This document shows positions 46,644 through 55,671 of a stretch of 64,000 bases of DNA, in pieces. Origin of the DNA: a virus. Positions within the stretch are counted from its first letter, which is position 1; every line of letters begins with the position of its first letter. The translations under genes were made by a program, and so were the position numbers. The stretch is taken from the IMG/VR virus record IMGVR_UViG_3300048838_000628, positions 18,024 to 82,023 of that record; one strand, given 5' to 3'. The notes beneath the pieces are model-generated. The model did not search any database. It saw only the letters and a list, made by a program, of their open reading frames with translations, and had not been told where the DNA came from.

Positions 46644-48859
46644 GTTATCACCGGGATTTTGGTTCCAAATACACCAGTTAGTTCATGTATCGCTTCGTTG
46701 GCAATCGCAAATGCGATTACAATATCATCATTATAACCTTTTGTGCCAGCATACCTGGTTTTACCGCTAGGGGTAACGTCAATAGTAAACGCCTGTAATT
46801 GTCTAATTAGCTCTGGATCGCGTAAAGCAAATATCTTCTTTTTCTCAAATTTTAATGCAAGGTTTTGAATAATACGCGCTTTACTAGAGTTAGACGTAAC
46901 AAATGGTTGAACAGGCATTCCTTTTTGAACTCGCATAACTTCAATAACTGGATCACCAGCAGAGTTTTCTTCTGCTAGAATACTAATTGGTTTCCATTTG
47001 TTGTAGAACTTTTCTATCTCGTCAATAATTTCAAGATAGCTAAGTTTATTAACGACCATCATATCAATCATATTACCGGTCATAACATCTAAACAAACTA
47101 CTACCGTAAAGTCGTTCTTTCTAGCAAAATCAATACCAAAAACATAATCGCCGCTGTCAACCATGTCGTCACTAGGATAAGGGAGGATGCAAACATCGTT
47201 AATATTTTTAAATACCTCGCCAGTGTTGATGAGGAATTCGGCATTATATTCTTGTTCGAATACTCTCGCTGGCATTGAAATTCTAGCATTATTATACTCA
47301 TTAATGTCAAAGAAAGGTGAAATAATGCTTGGGAAGCGCCATGAGCGCATTTCATCGTTATCTGGCTTTTGACCAGCTAAAAATAGCTCGTAGATGTAAT
47401 TTCTACCATTAGGAGTGGTTAAGAAATAGGCTCTACCGCGTCTGTCAGCTAAAGTAGGACGAATATCGCTTTCCCATGAGTCGCCTGATTTGTAATAAGC
47501 AGCCTCGTCAAGAATAGCGAAATCATAGCTTCTACCACGAACAGCTTTGCTGTTTTCAGCTGACCAGAACTGTAATTCACCACCATTGTGCAGAATTATC
47601 AGTTTCTCTTGGATATTCGTGTATTTACTAAGCGGCTGTAGGGCTTCATACATTTCACGAAACACATGGTTGTACATACTATGGGTTGGTGAGAACCAAG
47701 CAGCCTTGCCAGCATCACGAATAATCGTGCGATAAGCGCATAACTTTCCTAGCTCTGTATTGTGTGTGGGGATTAAAGTCTCTCCACAGAGATACATATG
47801 GGATGGCGAATCTACGGAAATACAGCGCGTAGGCACGGTTTCAGTAGGTTCTATAGAGATTATAGTGATGTTTTTATCGGTTAATTTCTGTTTCTCTAGC
47901 TTTCTAGAGATACGAAAAACCGGCAGAGAAGTGTTAAAACCTAATCTATAGTTCTTTCCAGTACGTTTAACCTTGCCATTTGGCAAACGATAGCGTGCTG
48001 AAACCTTAGAAACGCCAAACTGGACACCTAAGCTGCGTAATAGATAAGAATACTGTTTATAAAGCCGATTAGATGTTGTTGAAAGCTCAACAGCTTTACA
48101 AGCGCTACCATCTGTGTCACATAGACCTTGTAATAAGGCAAGTCTTTGTTCTATAGAGCCATCTAAATAGATTTTGGGAATGTACTTGCGTTTAATTTTA
48201 TTCTTACGGTAATTGCCAAATTCTTTTGATGTATGCTCTAGAATTCGATAATCATAAGGACTTGTTTTCTTTTGTAAAGTGATTCCTATCTGCAAAAAAT
48301 TTTGGGTAACAGTATTTATATCTTGATCCCCTATGGTAAAGTAATTAGTTCCTACTGTTCCGTCACCAATGTGATAACCCATTAGATAAGGGTTAAGTAA
48401 AAGGTCTTTCTCTGGTAGATTTAGCGGCCTTGCTGGAACAATAGAGAGTCGTTCTGTAGACAAAAACAACTCTTTTGTTGTAAAAATTTTACCGTTAACT
48501 ACCCACTTGTGATCTTCTCCAGCTGTAATACTTTCGCCAGTAGAAAAAGTAAGTTTGTAGCAAGGATTATGAAAAATCTCTGAAACAAAAGTGATTTTAG
48601 TTGGTTGACCTAATTCGTTAAAAACATATTCACCTACAGATAATTTGCCCATTGTAGACCAATATGTTTTTCCGGTAGAAAACTTATAGCAAAGTATCTT
48701 AGTGTTTACATCAAGGTCTTTGCCAAAGCGTCTTCCGGCAATAACTACTTGAAAGCGTTTCTCGTCTAAGTAGGGTAAAAGTTGCGCAGCATGTGGCGTA
48801 TTAAGATTTAACCCACTAGATTTTTTAATAGACGAACTTAATTTTTGTATTTTAACCAT
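46640..48859 (-). CDS. terL: terminase large subunit, intein-containing
   Basis: GRRFGK/T Walker A split by the intein; RGRSYDFAILDEAA; TTPNG; GIDFA; NDDIVIA. Confidence 0.96.
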   Translation of the reverse strand: MVKIQKLSSSIKKSSGLNLNTPHAAQLLPYLDEKRFQVVIAGRRFGKDLDVNTKILCYKFSTGKTYWSTMGKLSVGEYVFNELGQPTKITFVSEIFHNPCYKLTFSTGESITAGEDHKWVVNGKIFTTKELFLSTERLSIVPARPLNLPEKDLLLNPYLMGYHIGDGTVGTNYFTIGDQDINTVTQNFLQIGITLQKKTSPYDYRILEHTSKEFGNYRKNKIKRKYIPKIYLDGSIEQRLALLQGLCDTDGSACKAVELSTTSNRLYKQYSYLLRSLGVQFGVSKVSARYRLPNGKVKRTGKNYRLGFNTSLPVFRISRKLEKQKLTDKNITIISIEPTETVPTRCISVDSPSHMYLCGETLIPTHNTELGKLCAYRTIIRDAGKAAWFSPTHSMYNHVFREMYEALQPLSKYTNIQEKLIILHNGGELQFWSAENSKAVRGRSYDFAILDEAAYYKSGDSWESDIRPTLADRRGRAYFLTTPNGRNYIYELFLAGQKPDNDEMRSWRFPSIISPFFDINEYNNARISMPARVFEQEYNAEFLINTGEVFKNINDVCILPYPSDDMVDSGDYVFGIDFARKNDFTVVVCLDVMTGNMIDMMVVNKLSYLEIIDEIEKFYNKWKPISILAEENSAGDPVIEVMRVQKGMPVQPFVTSNSSKARIIQNLALKFEKKKIFALRDPELIRQLQAFTIDVTPSGKTRYAGTKGYNDDIVIAFAIANEAIHELTGVFGTKIPVIT
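47759..48718 (-). mobile_element. 320-aa class-3 (WCT) intein with LAGLIDADG endonuclease
   Basis: Starts DLDVNT; block B DHKW; blocks C/E MGYHIGDG and LQGLCDTDG; block F TRCISVD; ends PTHN, +1 Thr. Confidence 0.93.
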
Positions 48860-49478
48860 TTTGTCTCTTACGAATAATTTCTTGAATCTGTTCTTCTATC
48901 TCGGATTCGCTTGGTAGCTTTGGCTCATTCCATGTTAAAGCGAATGTGTTGTCAGAGTCGTCAGCGTTTTCATCAGTGATAATCGTTGGTAGATTTAATT
49001 GCCTACGAGCAAATACGTCAAGTTTCTCTCTAGCAACCACCATCTTTTCAAAAGCATAGATAACACCTTTAGGAGAATATGTGCGTTTATTCGCCTTTGC
49101 CAAAGAGATTTCTTCGTTCATTTGGACATCTAAAGCATCTAGTTGTTTTCTCCATACGTTTACTGCTTTATGATAATCTTTTAGAGAATCTAACTTAAAT
49201 GTCTCTTTGATTACTCTTAGCTCTCTATCACGTGAATCTCTTTCTTCAGAGACTTTGTATAAGTGATAAGCTTCAGCTCTACCAGTCCAATCCCATACAT
49301 GAAAAGCTTCATACCAGAATTTAGGTGGACGAACAGCTTTAACTAAACCTTGAGAGTCTAAATAACGCTTATAAGCATTTTTTAACGTTCTTTCTTTTTC
49401 GTTAAGTTCAAGAAAGTAGTATGTAAAGTATTTAAACGCTTTAGTAGGTTCTCCTTCTTGTTGATCCCATGGTCTCAT
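48852..49478 (-). CDS. terminase small subunit-like protein
   Basis: PWDQQEGE..KAF..F..Y, W.W..RAEAY; immediately upstream of TerL. Confidence 0.7.
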   Translation of the reverse strand: MRPWDQQEGEPTKAFKYFTYYFLELNEKERTLKNAYKRYLDSQGLVKAVRPPKFWYEAFHVWDWTGRAEAYHLYKVSEERDSRDRELRVIKETFKLDSLKDYHKAVNVWRKQLDALDVQMNEEISLAKANKRTYSPKGVIYAFEKMVVAREKLDVFARRQLNLPTIITDENADDSDNTFALTWNEPKLPSESEIEEQIQEIIRKRQNG

Positions 49479-49581
49479 AATTCCCTCTTTCTATCTAACT
49501 TAATATTAACATATGCTGTCAATAGTATTTTACGTTTTTTAGTGCTTTTCTAGCTCTTTTTACTCTCTTTCTCATGAAACT

Positions 49582-49848
49582 CTAATCTAACTTACTTATT
49601 AAAAATTTACTAATAAAGTTAAGTATTTTACGAATATGCCATTTAGGTAAAGAAAATTCATTTGCTAACATATTTTCTATAGTTTCATAATCATAACCAC
49701 AAATAGCTAAATGATAATCTCTTTTATATATTTCTTTTTGCCTATTTGTTAAAGAGCTATATTTGCTATAATATTGGTTATTATATTTATTATATTTGTA
49801 TTTCTTATATATATTACTAAATGCTATATCTTCAGTTACTCTATTCAT
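49582..49848 (-). CDS. small HTH (sigma region-4-like) DNA-binding protein
   Basis: AAGGAG before ATG 49848; LTNRQKEIY...LANEFSLPKWHIRKIL. Confidence 0.55.
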   Translation of the reverse strand: MNRVTEDIAFSNIYKKYKYNKYNNQYYSKYSSLTNRQKEIYKRDYHLAICGYDYETIENMLANEFSLPKWHIRKILNFISKFLISKLD

Positions 49849-49876
49849 AATAATCTCCTTATAATGATTAGACATA

Positions 49877-49905
49877 ATGATATAATATAATCTTACTAAT
49901 GTCAA
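49877..49905 (-). promoter_or_regulatory. sigma70-type leftward promoter
   Basis: TTGACA-17-TATCAT. Confidence 0.7.
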
Positions 49906-49906
49906 T

Positions 49907-50032
49907 TGCTAAAACGTAAAGTAACTGCTAAAGACTCTATTATTTGCTAAAGACTCTATATAACGTAAAGTATTATATATACTAAACTATATAGTATAGA
50001 AAGTTATATGCAAGATTCTTAACCATGGTTAA
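49907..50032. repeat. AT-rich phased direct repeats and 14-bp palindrome
   Basis: TGCTAAA at 49907/49926/49945; TGCTAAAGACTCTAT x2; AACGTAAAGTA x2; TTAACCATGGTTAA at 50019-50032. Confidence 0.85.
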
Positions 50033-50199
50033 CTTTTATGAGAGCAAAAACATTTAGATTCCATTCGTGAATCAACTAAAAGGTACCTGGAGTCGCGAAT
50101 CGCATTTTTTGACGATGTACGCTCAAAACACGCTACAATGGCGCTGTTTCGCACGATTCGCGCATTGTGGCATGATGACACGACTCACGCTCAAATCGC

Positions 50200-50227
50200 T
50201 TGACTCTGCCTTGTATGGTGCTATGCT
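50200..50227 (+). promoter_or_regulatory. sigma70-type early promoter
   Basis: TTGACT-16-TATGCT with TG extension. Confidence 0.6.
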
Positions 50228-50314
50228 AAGGTTATCGATTAAGCGACTCGTAGTCTTAACGCACATACGCGTAAGCGAGTCGATACCGCGCATAATGCGC
50301 AGGAGTCCAGCACC

Positions 50315-50863
50315 ATGACTAAGCAGACGTTGAACCTGACAGATGCCCGCACAATCAAGCATGACCGTCCCTATAGCAATCTCGACACGAGTCTTAACGC
50401 TCGCATGTACGCGCTAGCGAGTCTTATCGCGGGCGATGCGCAGTACGCACCCACGGTAAAGACTCTCCGCCAGTTGGGGAATGTTCGCCCTGAGGATGGT
50501 CACACGTTACGCGCATGGTTTGTTCCCGTGTGGTCAGCCTGCGAGAAGCACTTGGCCAGCACAACCGTGACCATGGCAGCAGTTCGCGCTATTAACGCGC
50601 TATGCGTGAAAGCACAAGCTGCCGAAGAACTGTGGCAGGATGAGCAACGCGCTATGCGTAAGGCGCAGCGCACACAGGTTAAAGCTAAGCCTGCCAGCAA
50701 GAACAGCAAACAGGCCAAGGCTTATAATGCGCAGGTAAGCACGCAGATCAAGCCCGCAGGAAAGACTAGCGGCATGGTGACGGTTACGCTAGAAATGACC
50801 GTCGAACAATACGCGCTAATAGCGCCCATGCTGGCAGCCATGAGCGTTACGCCCAAGGCGTAA
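50315..50863 (+). CDS. early hypothetical protein (GC-rich, basic)
   Basis: AGGAG RBS; own promoter and terminator. Confidence 0.8.
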   Translation: MTKQTLNLTDARTIKHDRPYSNLDTSLNARMYALASLIAGDAQYAPTVKTLRQLGNVRPEDGHTLRAWFVPVWSACEKHLASTTVTMAAVRAINALCVKAQAAEELWQDEQRAMRKAQRTQVKAKPASKNSKQAKAYNAQVSTQIKPAGKTSGMVTVTLEMTVEQYALIAPMLAAMSVTPKA

Positions 50864-50962
50864 GCAACACTCAACTAAGCTAAATTAAACGACAGTTCAA
50901 GCATCAGCATCCCAACGCTACAGGCAACACAGGCACAGGCTTAACGTAAGCAGTTTGAACCT

Positions 50963-51004
50963 AAAGGCACCTCGGAATCGCTGATTTCGGGGTGCTTTTT
51001 ATTT
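50963..51004 (+). terminator. intrinsic terminator
   Basis: GGCACCTCGGAATC/GATTTCGGGGTGCT stem followed by a T-tract. Confidence 0.8.
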
Positions 51005-51047
51005 CCCGACGCAGCGTGTATGTACACGCACATGTAAAGGACGCAAG

Positions 51048-51152
51048 ATGGACACGATCATCAGCTGGATAGTCGGCATGACAGCGGTATTGTGGTTCGT
51101 GTGGTACGTGTTTGTGGGCATGTGGCCTGTGTACTACACGGTCACGTTCTAA
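51048..51152 (+). CDS. 34-aa hydrophobic peptide MDTIISWIVGMTAVLWFVWYVFVGMWPVYYTVTF (not in track)
   Basis: AAAGGA RBS; single TM. Confidence 0.6.
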   Translation: MDTIISWIVGMTAVLWFVWYVFVGMWPVYYTVTF

Positions 51153-51239
51153 GCCTAGTACAGCGCCACTAAGGACTGATACTCTTTGGTGGCGCGATAC
51201 TGTGCATAGGGCACAGGATAGTCAATAAGGAGCAATATC

Positions 51240-51905
51240 ATGTACGTAGCTATGTATAACAGCCAGTCCATACTAAAGGGTTCTTTCGTAGTACCCGCAC
51301 AAGATGAGCAAGCAGCAAAGAACCTTGTCGAGATCGTTCACGCCCTTTACACGGACATGTACGCAAGGTACATGAGCGAGATCGAAGACGCATGGCAAAA
51401 CGATGACCCTTATGCGCTTGAAAACATCGAAGACCGCTATAACCCGCCGGTATTTATCGCGCTCGTGAACGAGCTTACAGGCGATGCAAAGCCCGTGTGG
51501 TGTAATTGTCGCATCGAGTTCAAGCAGGGTGAGCGCGAAGGCGCGTTAGTAGTGCCTGAAACGCTAGGCTTGAATTTACAAACAGCCGTCGAAGACGGTG
51601 ATCTCAAGATGGAACGCTTTACGCTTGAACGCGTACCTGCGCCACGTTGGGTAAAGTTCGGCTGCGATGAGTATCCTGCTACCCCCGACGATTGTGAATA
51701 TATGTTCGCAGGTGAAGAATACGTGACAGTCCGCAACGGTACGCTACGTTACGTTCACATAGACATGGCCGCGCTACAGGAGATAGCGACTAGGCTTTAT
51801 AAAACACCAGACGGCAGATATCTGAAGATTTGGCGCGGTAACGCAGAAACGCCTAGCAGTATTAAGTTTGTGAGCGAAGGGTACATCAACAACAAAACCA
51901 AGTAA
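51240..51905 (+). CDS. early hypothetical acidic protein
   Basis: TAAGGAG RBS. Confidence 0.8.
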   Translation: MYVAMYNSQSILKGSFVVPAQDEQAAKNLVEIVHALYTDMYARYMSEIEDAWQNDDPYALENIEDRYNPPVFIALVNELTGDAKPVWCNCRIEFKQGEREGALVVPETLGLNLQTAVEDGDLKMERFTLERVPAPRWVKFGCDEYPATPDDCEYMFAGEEYVTVRNGTLRYVHIDMAALQEIATRLYKTPDGRYLKIWRGNAETPSSIKFVSEGYINNKTK

Positions 51906-51926
51906 CGATTTAATCCACCACAACCT

Positions 51927-51974
51927 AAGGGCTAGTGTTCGTACTACGGTGCGGGCATTAGCCCTTTTTTATTT
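51927..51974 (+). terminator. intrinsic terminator
   Basis: AAGGGCTAGTGTTCG/CGGGCATTAGCCCTT followed by a T-tract. Confidence 0.8.
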
Positions 51975-52004
51975 CTCTATCCACGAGTAAAAGGACGGCA
52001 AATC

Positions 52005-52220
52005 ATGTTCGCACTAGAATTCGTCAGCATAATCGCATACGGGATATTCGGCATATATCCCAACTTCGCAATTGTGGATGATATATTCTACGCGGGTTGG
52101 GAAGATGGTGAAATTGAGAACTATCTAATTTACTTTCCCGAAACCCACTCACTAGGCTATTACACGCTCACTGGCGATCTTCTCGATCTGGTGGATTATA
52201 TTCGACTTGAGCAAGAATAA
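52005..52220 (+). CDS. small acidic hypothetical protein
   Basis: AAAGGA RBS. Confidence 0.65.
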   Translation: MFALEFVSIIAYGIFGIYPNFAIVDDIFYAGWEDGEIENYLIYFPETHSLGYYTLTGDLLDLVDYIRLEQE

Positions 52221-52227
52221 TAGCTGT

Positions 52228-52257
52228 TTGACCGAAAGCCCTGAACTGTGGGATAAT
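52228..52257 (+). promoter_or_regulatory. sigma70-type promoter
   Basis: TTGACC-18-GATAAT with TGTG. Confidence 0.7.
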
Positions 52258-52313
52258 AGAGTTTGGGGCAATCAGCACCCTGTCGTATATCTAGCAAACC
52301 ACAAGGATCAAAT

Positions 52314-52520
52314 ATGACGCACCCTACGAAAATGACAAACGACCACCTAGAACTTCTCGTGAAAGAATTCGGGAAGCTGCTAGAAGAATTCCCGCAGTTT
52401 GCCACCATGAAATATAGCAACACTAAGACCTACAAAAAGCGCCATCTAGAACTTAGGGCCGAACTCAAGAAAAGAAAAATGGTCGGTCGTAAGAAAAAAC
52501 AGGCGCAGGGGGAAATATAA
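52314..52520 (+). CDS. small basic hypothetical protein
   Basis: AAGGA RBS before ATG 52314. Confidence 0.7.
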   Translation: MTHPTKMTNDHLELLVKEFGKLLEEFPQFATMKYSNTKTYKKRHLELRAELKKRKMVGRKKKQAQGEI

Positions 52521-52536
52521 GATAAATATAAGTCGG

Positions 52537-52566
52537 TTGACAGCATCGACCGAACCGTGGGATAAT
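52537..52566 (+). promoter_or_regulatory. sigma70-type promoter
   Basis: TTGACA-18-GATAAT with TG. Confidence 0.72.
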
Positions 52567-52685
52567 GGGATTGTCAGTCCGATCCAGCAGTAACAAGGAG
52601 AAAATATAAGCGATAAATATATAGGCCAAGTCATAACAAGCAATAACTCTCGTATATCTAGCAAGCAAAATCAGGAGTAATAAAA

Positions 52686-53555
52686 ATGGCTACCAATCGT
52701 CGTAATAACGAACTCGTGGATGGTAAGTTTGCCAGCATCGTCATGATTGACGGCAAGTTTTACTCGCCTAAGATTGGTCAAACCGTTGAGGCGGCTAAGA
52801 CCGTCCTGATTGACCGCCTGCGTTCGTTCTGTGGTAAAGGTGACTCGAATGGGTTGCCTTACCAGGCGGGTAACATCAGCAGCCCGCTTTACATGACTTG
52901 GGCAAATCCGGAAGCAAACAACAAGGTCGGCCTGATTATTTCGCACAACGTCGATAAGGCCGGTCGCAAGATTTACACGATCAGTGGTGACTATGCTCAC
53001 CTTAAGGCAATCTTGGATGTTCACGGCCAGACTCCTCTAGCGAACATCGCTAACGGTTTGTGGCAGCGGCTTCAGGCAATCCGTTTTGTCCCCGTTGAAG
53101 GCGAGACTTACAACGCCTTTGTTACGCTGACTCTCGATCAGCTGCACAAGATTAAGCCGGTGACGACGCCTATCGTTACCGCCGCTATGAAGGACGATCC
53201 GGAACCCGTTAATCCTAAGACGGGTAAAGTTGACAGCCGGACTAAGGCACACAAAGAATGGCAGACTCGTCAAGCTGTTCGTGCAGCACAGAACCTTGGC
53301 ATCACCACCACGGTTAAGGAAACGCTGCATCGTCCCGATATGCTCAACAGTACACCGGTTATTCTGCCGTCGCAGAAAGCTGCTGGACTCAAAGCACAGA
53401 TCGCTCCTCTGCCCGCCCCGACTACCAGCAAGACTTCGGGTTTGAGCAAGAAAGACGCTTTCGGTGACTGGACGGTTCTGCACAACGAAGAACTGATCGA
53501 CAGCAATATCACGTTTGCGGTTTGGTGGGAAGCTAACAAGGCGCTGTATAGCTAA
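52686..53555 (+). CDS. early hypothetical protein, probably highly expressed
   Basis: AGGAG RBS, own promoter and terminator, no TTA or ATA codons. Confidence 0.85.
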   Translation: MATNRRNNELVDGKFASIVMIDGKFYSPKIGQTVEAAKTVLIDRLRSFCGKGDSNGLPYQAGNISSPLYMTWANPEANNKVGLIISHNVDKAGRKIYTISGDYAHLKAILDVHGQTPLANIANGLWQRLQAIRFVPVEGETYNAFVTLTLDQLHKIKPVTTPIVTAAMKDDPEPVNPKTGKVDSRTKAHKEWQTRQAVRAAQNLGITTTVKETLHRPDMLNSTPVILPSQKAAGLKAQIAPLPAPTTSKTSGLSKKDAFGDWTVLHNEELIDSNITFAVWWEANKALYS

Positions 53556-53568
53556 ACACCACACTCAC

Positions 53569-53598
53569 AGAGGGGGCGCAAGTCCCCTCTATTTTTTT
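53569..53598 (+). terminator. intrinsic terminator
   Basis: AGAGGGGGC-gcaa-GTCCCCTCT followed by A-T7. Confidence 0.88.
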
Positions 53599-53636
53599 GC
53601 CTTTTTCCAGAGTAAAAAAACTCAAATTAGTAATTT

Positions 53637-53665
53637 TTGACTTTTTGTAAAATTGTTGTTAGAAT
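53637..53665 (+). promoter_or_regulatory. sigma70-type promoter
   Basis: TTGACT-17-TAGAAT with TG. Confidence 0.75.
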
Positions 53666-53703
53666 AATATTATTGCTTCTGGTTTATTTACGAAAGGTCA
53701 AAA

Positions 53704-53886
53704 ATGTCAGAACTACAATCTCGCCGTGCTTTTCTCATTGGCTTTCGTTCAAGAATAAATCGGTTGCTGGAACAGTATACTCTCACCAGTAATTATTATC
53801 TCTTTTTGGTGCTGCGCAAAATTAGCATAAATAGAGAAATCACTCTACTCGATCAGCAGATAAAGGAGCTTGTATGTGTAAAATAG
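53704..53886 (+). CDS. hypothetical protein
   Basis: AAAGGT RBS. Confidence 0.6.
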   Translation: MSELQSRRAFLIGFRSRINRLLEQYTLTSNYYLFLVLRKISINREITLLDQQIKELVCVK

Positions 53887-54164
53887 TTCGCTTGTCTGAT
53901 CGCAAATATCGTCTTGTGATTGCCGGTTATAATTCAGACACGATTTTTCGTGATCCTGCTGATGCAGGACAAATTTACGGACGGATTGTGGCTGGCAGTA
54001 CACATTTGCTCATCCGTCACTTTTCGCTAATTATCGACAGCTATAATACAAGCGTCCGCAACAATAGCTTGCCCGCTAATTGGCCGTTGATAACACAAGA
54101 ATCAAACGTGCATGTAGCAATCCGGTATTTAACTCTCATGTCAAACTTTATAGGGAGAATGTAG
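53874..54164 (+). CDS. hypothetical protein
   Basis: AAGGAG RBS. Confidence 0.65.
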   Translation: MCKIVRLSDRKYRLVIAGYNSDTIFRDPADAGQIYGRIVAGSTHLLIRHFSLIIDSYNTSVRNNSLPANWPLITQESNVHVAIRYLTLMSNFIGRM

Positions 54165-54165
54165 C

Positions 54166-54357
54166 ATGAAGTATATAATCGTGGTTATAGATAAAGATGG
54201 CAAGTACGTCAACGCAGAGTCGAACGTCAATCACCAAGATGTTTACGGCTTCTGCAAAGGTGTCGAGACAAGCGGTAATAAATATCATCTGGAACCGCAA
54301 GTTGGTGATTTTTGGGATGTTCTTGGGCGTATCCTAGAAATCGTAATTGCTTTTTAG
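54166..54357 (+). CDS. hypothetical protein
   Basis: GGGAG RBS. Confidence 0.6.
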   Translation: MKYIIVVIDKDGKYVNAESNVNHQDVYGFCKGVETSGNKYHLEPQVGDFWDVLGRILEIVIAF

Positions 54358-54436
54358 TACCAGAAATCATGCACATCAGAAATCTTTTTGGTGTGCATCT
54401 TTCCGGTTCTAAATAAGATCGCATGGAGAAAACATA

Positions 54437-54607
54437 ATGATTATTGTCGAAGCGTATTGGAATGGTTCTAGTTGGCCATTTTATTATTGTGAGTGGCAAT
54501 TGGATGAACGTGAATATGCGCTCGAAGATTACAACTGGTTGCGAAATAGCTTTGCTGTTATGGGTGACGACTGTTTGGTTTTCTTCCACGAAAAGAAGGA
54601 GTTATAA
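54437..54607 (+). CDS. 56-aa acidic, aromatic-rich protein MIIVEAYWNGSSWPFYYCEW... (not in track)
   Basis: GGAG RBS; ends just before ATG 54609. Confidence 0.6.
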   Translation: MIIVEAYWNGSSWPFYYCEWQLDEREYALEDYNWLRNSFAVMGDDCLVFFHEKKEL

Positions 54608-54608
54608 C

Positions 54609-54914
54609 ATGTCCGACAACGACATTGTTCGTATACGCTGCCAAGAATGGCTTGACAAACAGGACGCTAAAGCCCGCAAAATAGCGGAGAGGGTTGCTAT
54701 TGAAAATCAAATCAAGGCAACAAAAAAGCTGATTGAGAAAAAACAAAAAGAATTTGACAATGTTAATCAGATCATTTTCGGGCTTGAGAGAGCGAATGAT
54801 ACGGAACTCAAGGGCAAATTTCTTGAAGACTTTAATCTTATTGCGCTTGTAAATGGTCTTGAAATCCTAGAATTGTCCATGGAACTCGCTGCACTAGAAA
54901 GGAAATTGAAATGA
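54609..54914 (+). CDS. coiled-coil hypothetical protein
   Basis: AAGGAG RBS before MSDNDIV. Confidence 0.65.
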   Translation: MSDNDIVRIRCQEWLDKQDAKARKIAERVAIENQIKATKKLIEKKQKEFDNVNQIIFGLERANDTELKGKFLEDFNLIALVNGLEILELSMELAALERKLK

Positions 54915-55192
54915 GAATCTCCGGTTTCGCAAAGATTATCACGGGCGATGTATATGAAATTCTTGCCGTTGATACTGACGGTATTAATCCTGAACTGCGC
55001 ACAATCTTTCAGGCCGTTCATGACGGCGAAGATCATTACAGAATTAAAAATATTTATTACACCGAAGATGAATTTAAGGATATCTGGTTTATCCTTCGTG
55101 CTGCTATGACATACAGCAATACAATTTATGAACTCTATTATTATCTCTTTAACCACAAGAGCAGTTATAATTGGTCGGAGATGCTTGAATGA
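54911..55192 (+). CDS. hypothetical protein
   Basis: ATGA overlap. Confidence 0.6.
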   Translation: MRISGFAKIITGDVYEILAVDTDGINPELRTIFQAVHDGEDHYRIKNIYYTEDEFKDIWFILRAAMTYSNTIYELYYYLFNHKSSYNWSEMLE

Positions 55193-55671
55193 TTAATAAA
55201 AAATGGAACGCCGGTTTGTATCTTTTGCGCCGCTTGCGTGGTGAGTATCGATTCATGGAACAGATTCAGGAAATATATCTTGGTGATAAAATTCGCAAAA
55301 TTAACAAATATATTTTCGCAATACAGAAAGGCGAAACTACTGAAGAAATCGAAACTTATGTCCGCAACTATGCTCAAGAACTGCTTCACATGCAAATTAT
55401 TTATGCACGTGCAGCACATTTCGTTGAAGATAAAATTAGTTACGAAAACTGTCGTTTTGTGATTGGAAAATGTCAACAATTTTTATACAAAGGAGAACAA
55501 ATGGCCAAACGTTATTTTATCGTTATCTACATAACACAATCTGGTGAAAAGATTATAGACAGCCGTCTTTTCGAGCATCAAAACGATGCACTTTATTACG
55601 CAGAACCACGAGTTAAAATCATGAATTATGCCGGTTGTATTATCGAGCCTGTATTCTTGGAGAAAAAATAA
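55189..55671 (+). CDS. hypothetical protein with internal in-frame start at 55501
   Basis: ATGA overlap; internal AAGGAG-ATG. Confidence 0.6.
   Translation: MINKKWNAGLYLLRRLRGEYRFMEQIQEIYLGDKIRKINKYIFAIQKGETTEEIETYVRNYAQELLHMQIIYARAAHFVEDKISYENCRFVIGKCQQFLYKGEQMAKRYFIVIYITQSGEKIIDSRLFEHQNDALYYAEPRVKIMNYAGCIIEPVFLEKK

Noticed and set aside
49849-49905. Track start (TTG 49905) for the HTH ORF
   Set aside because: That TTG is the -35 box of a promoter; the RBS supports ATG 49848.
49907-49975. Possible CRISPR mini-array
   Set aside because: Repeats are 7-15 bp with 4-12-bp gaps, far from repeat-spacer geometry; no cas genes.
52671-53564. Minus-strand ORFs 52671..53024 and 53037..53564
   Set aside because: Antisense to a gene with clear promoter, RBS and terminator.
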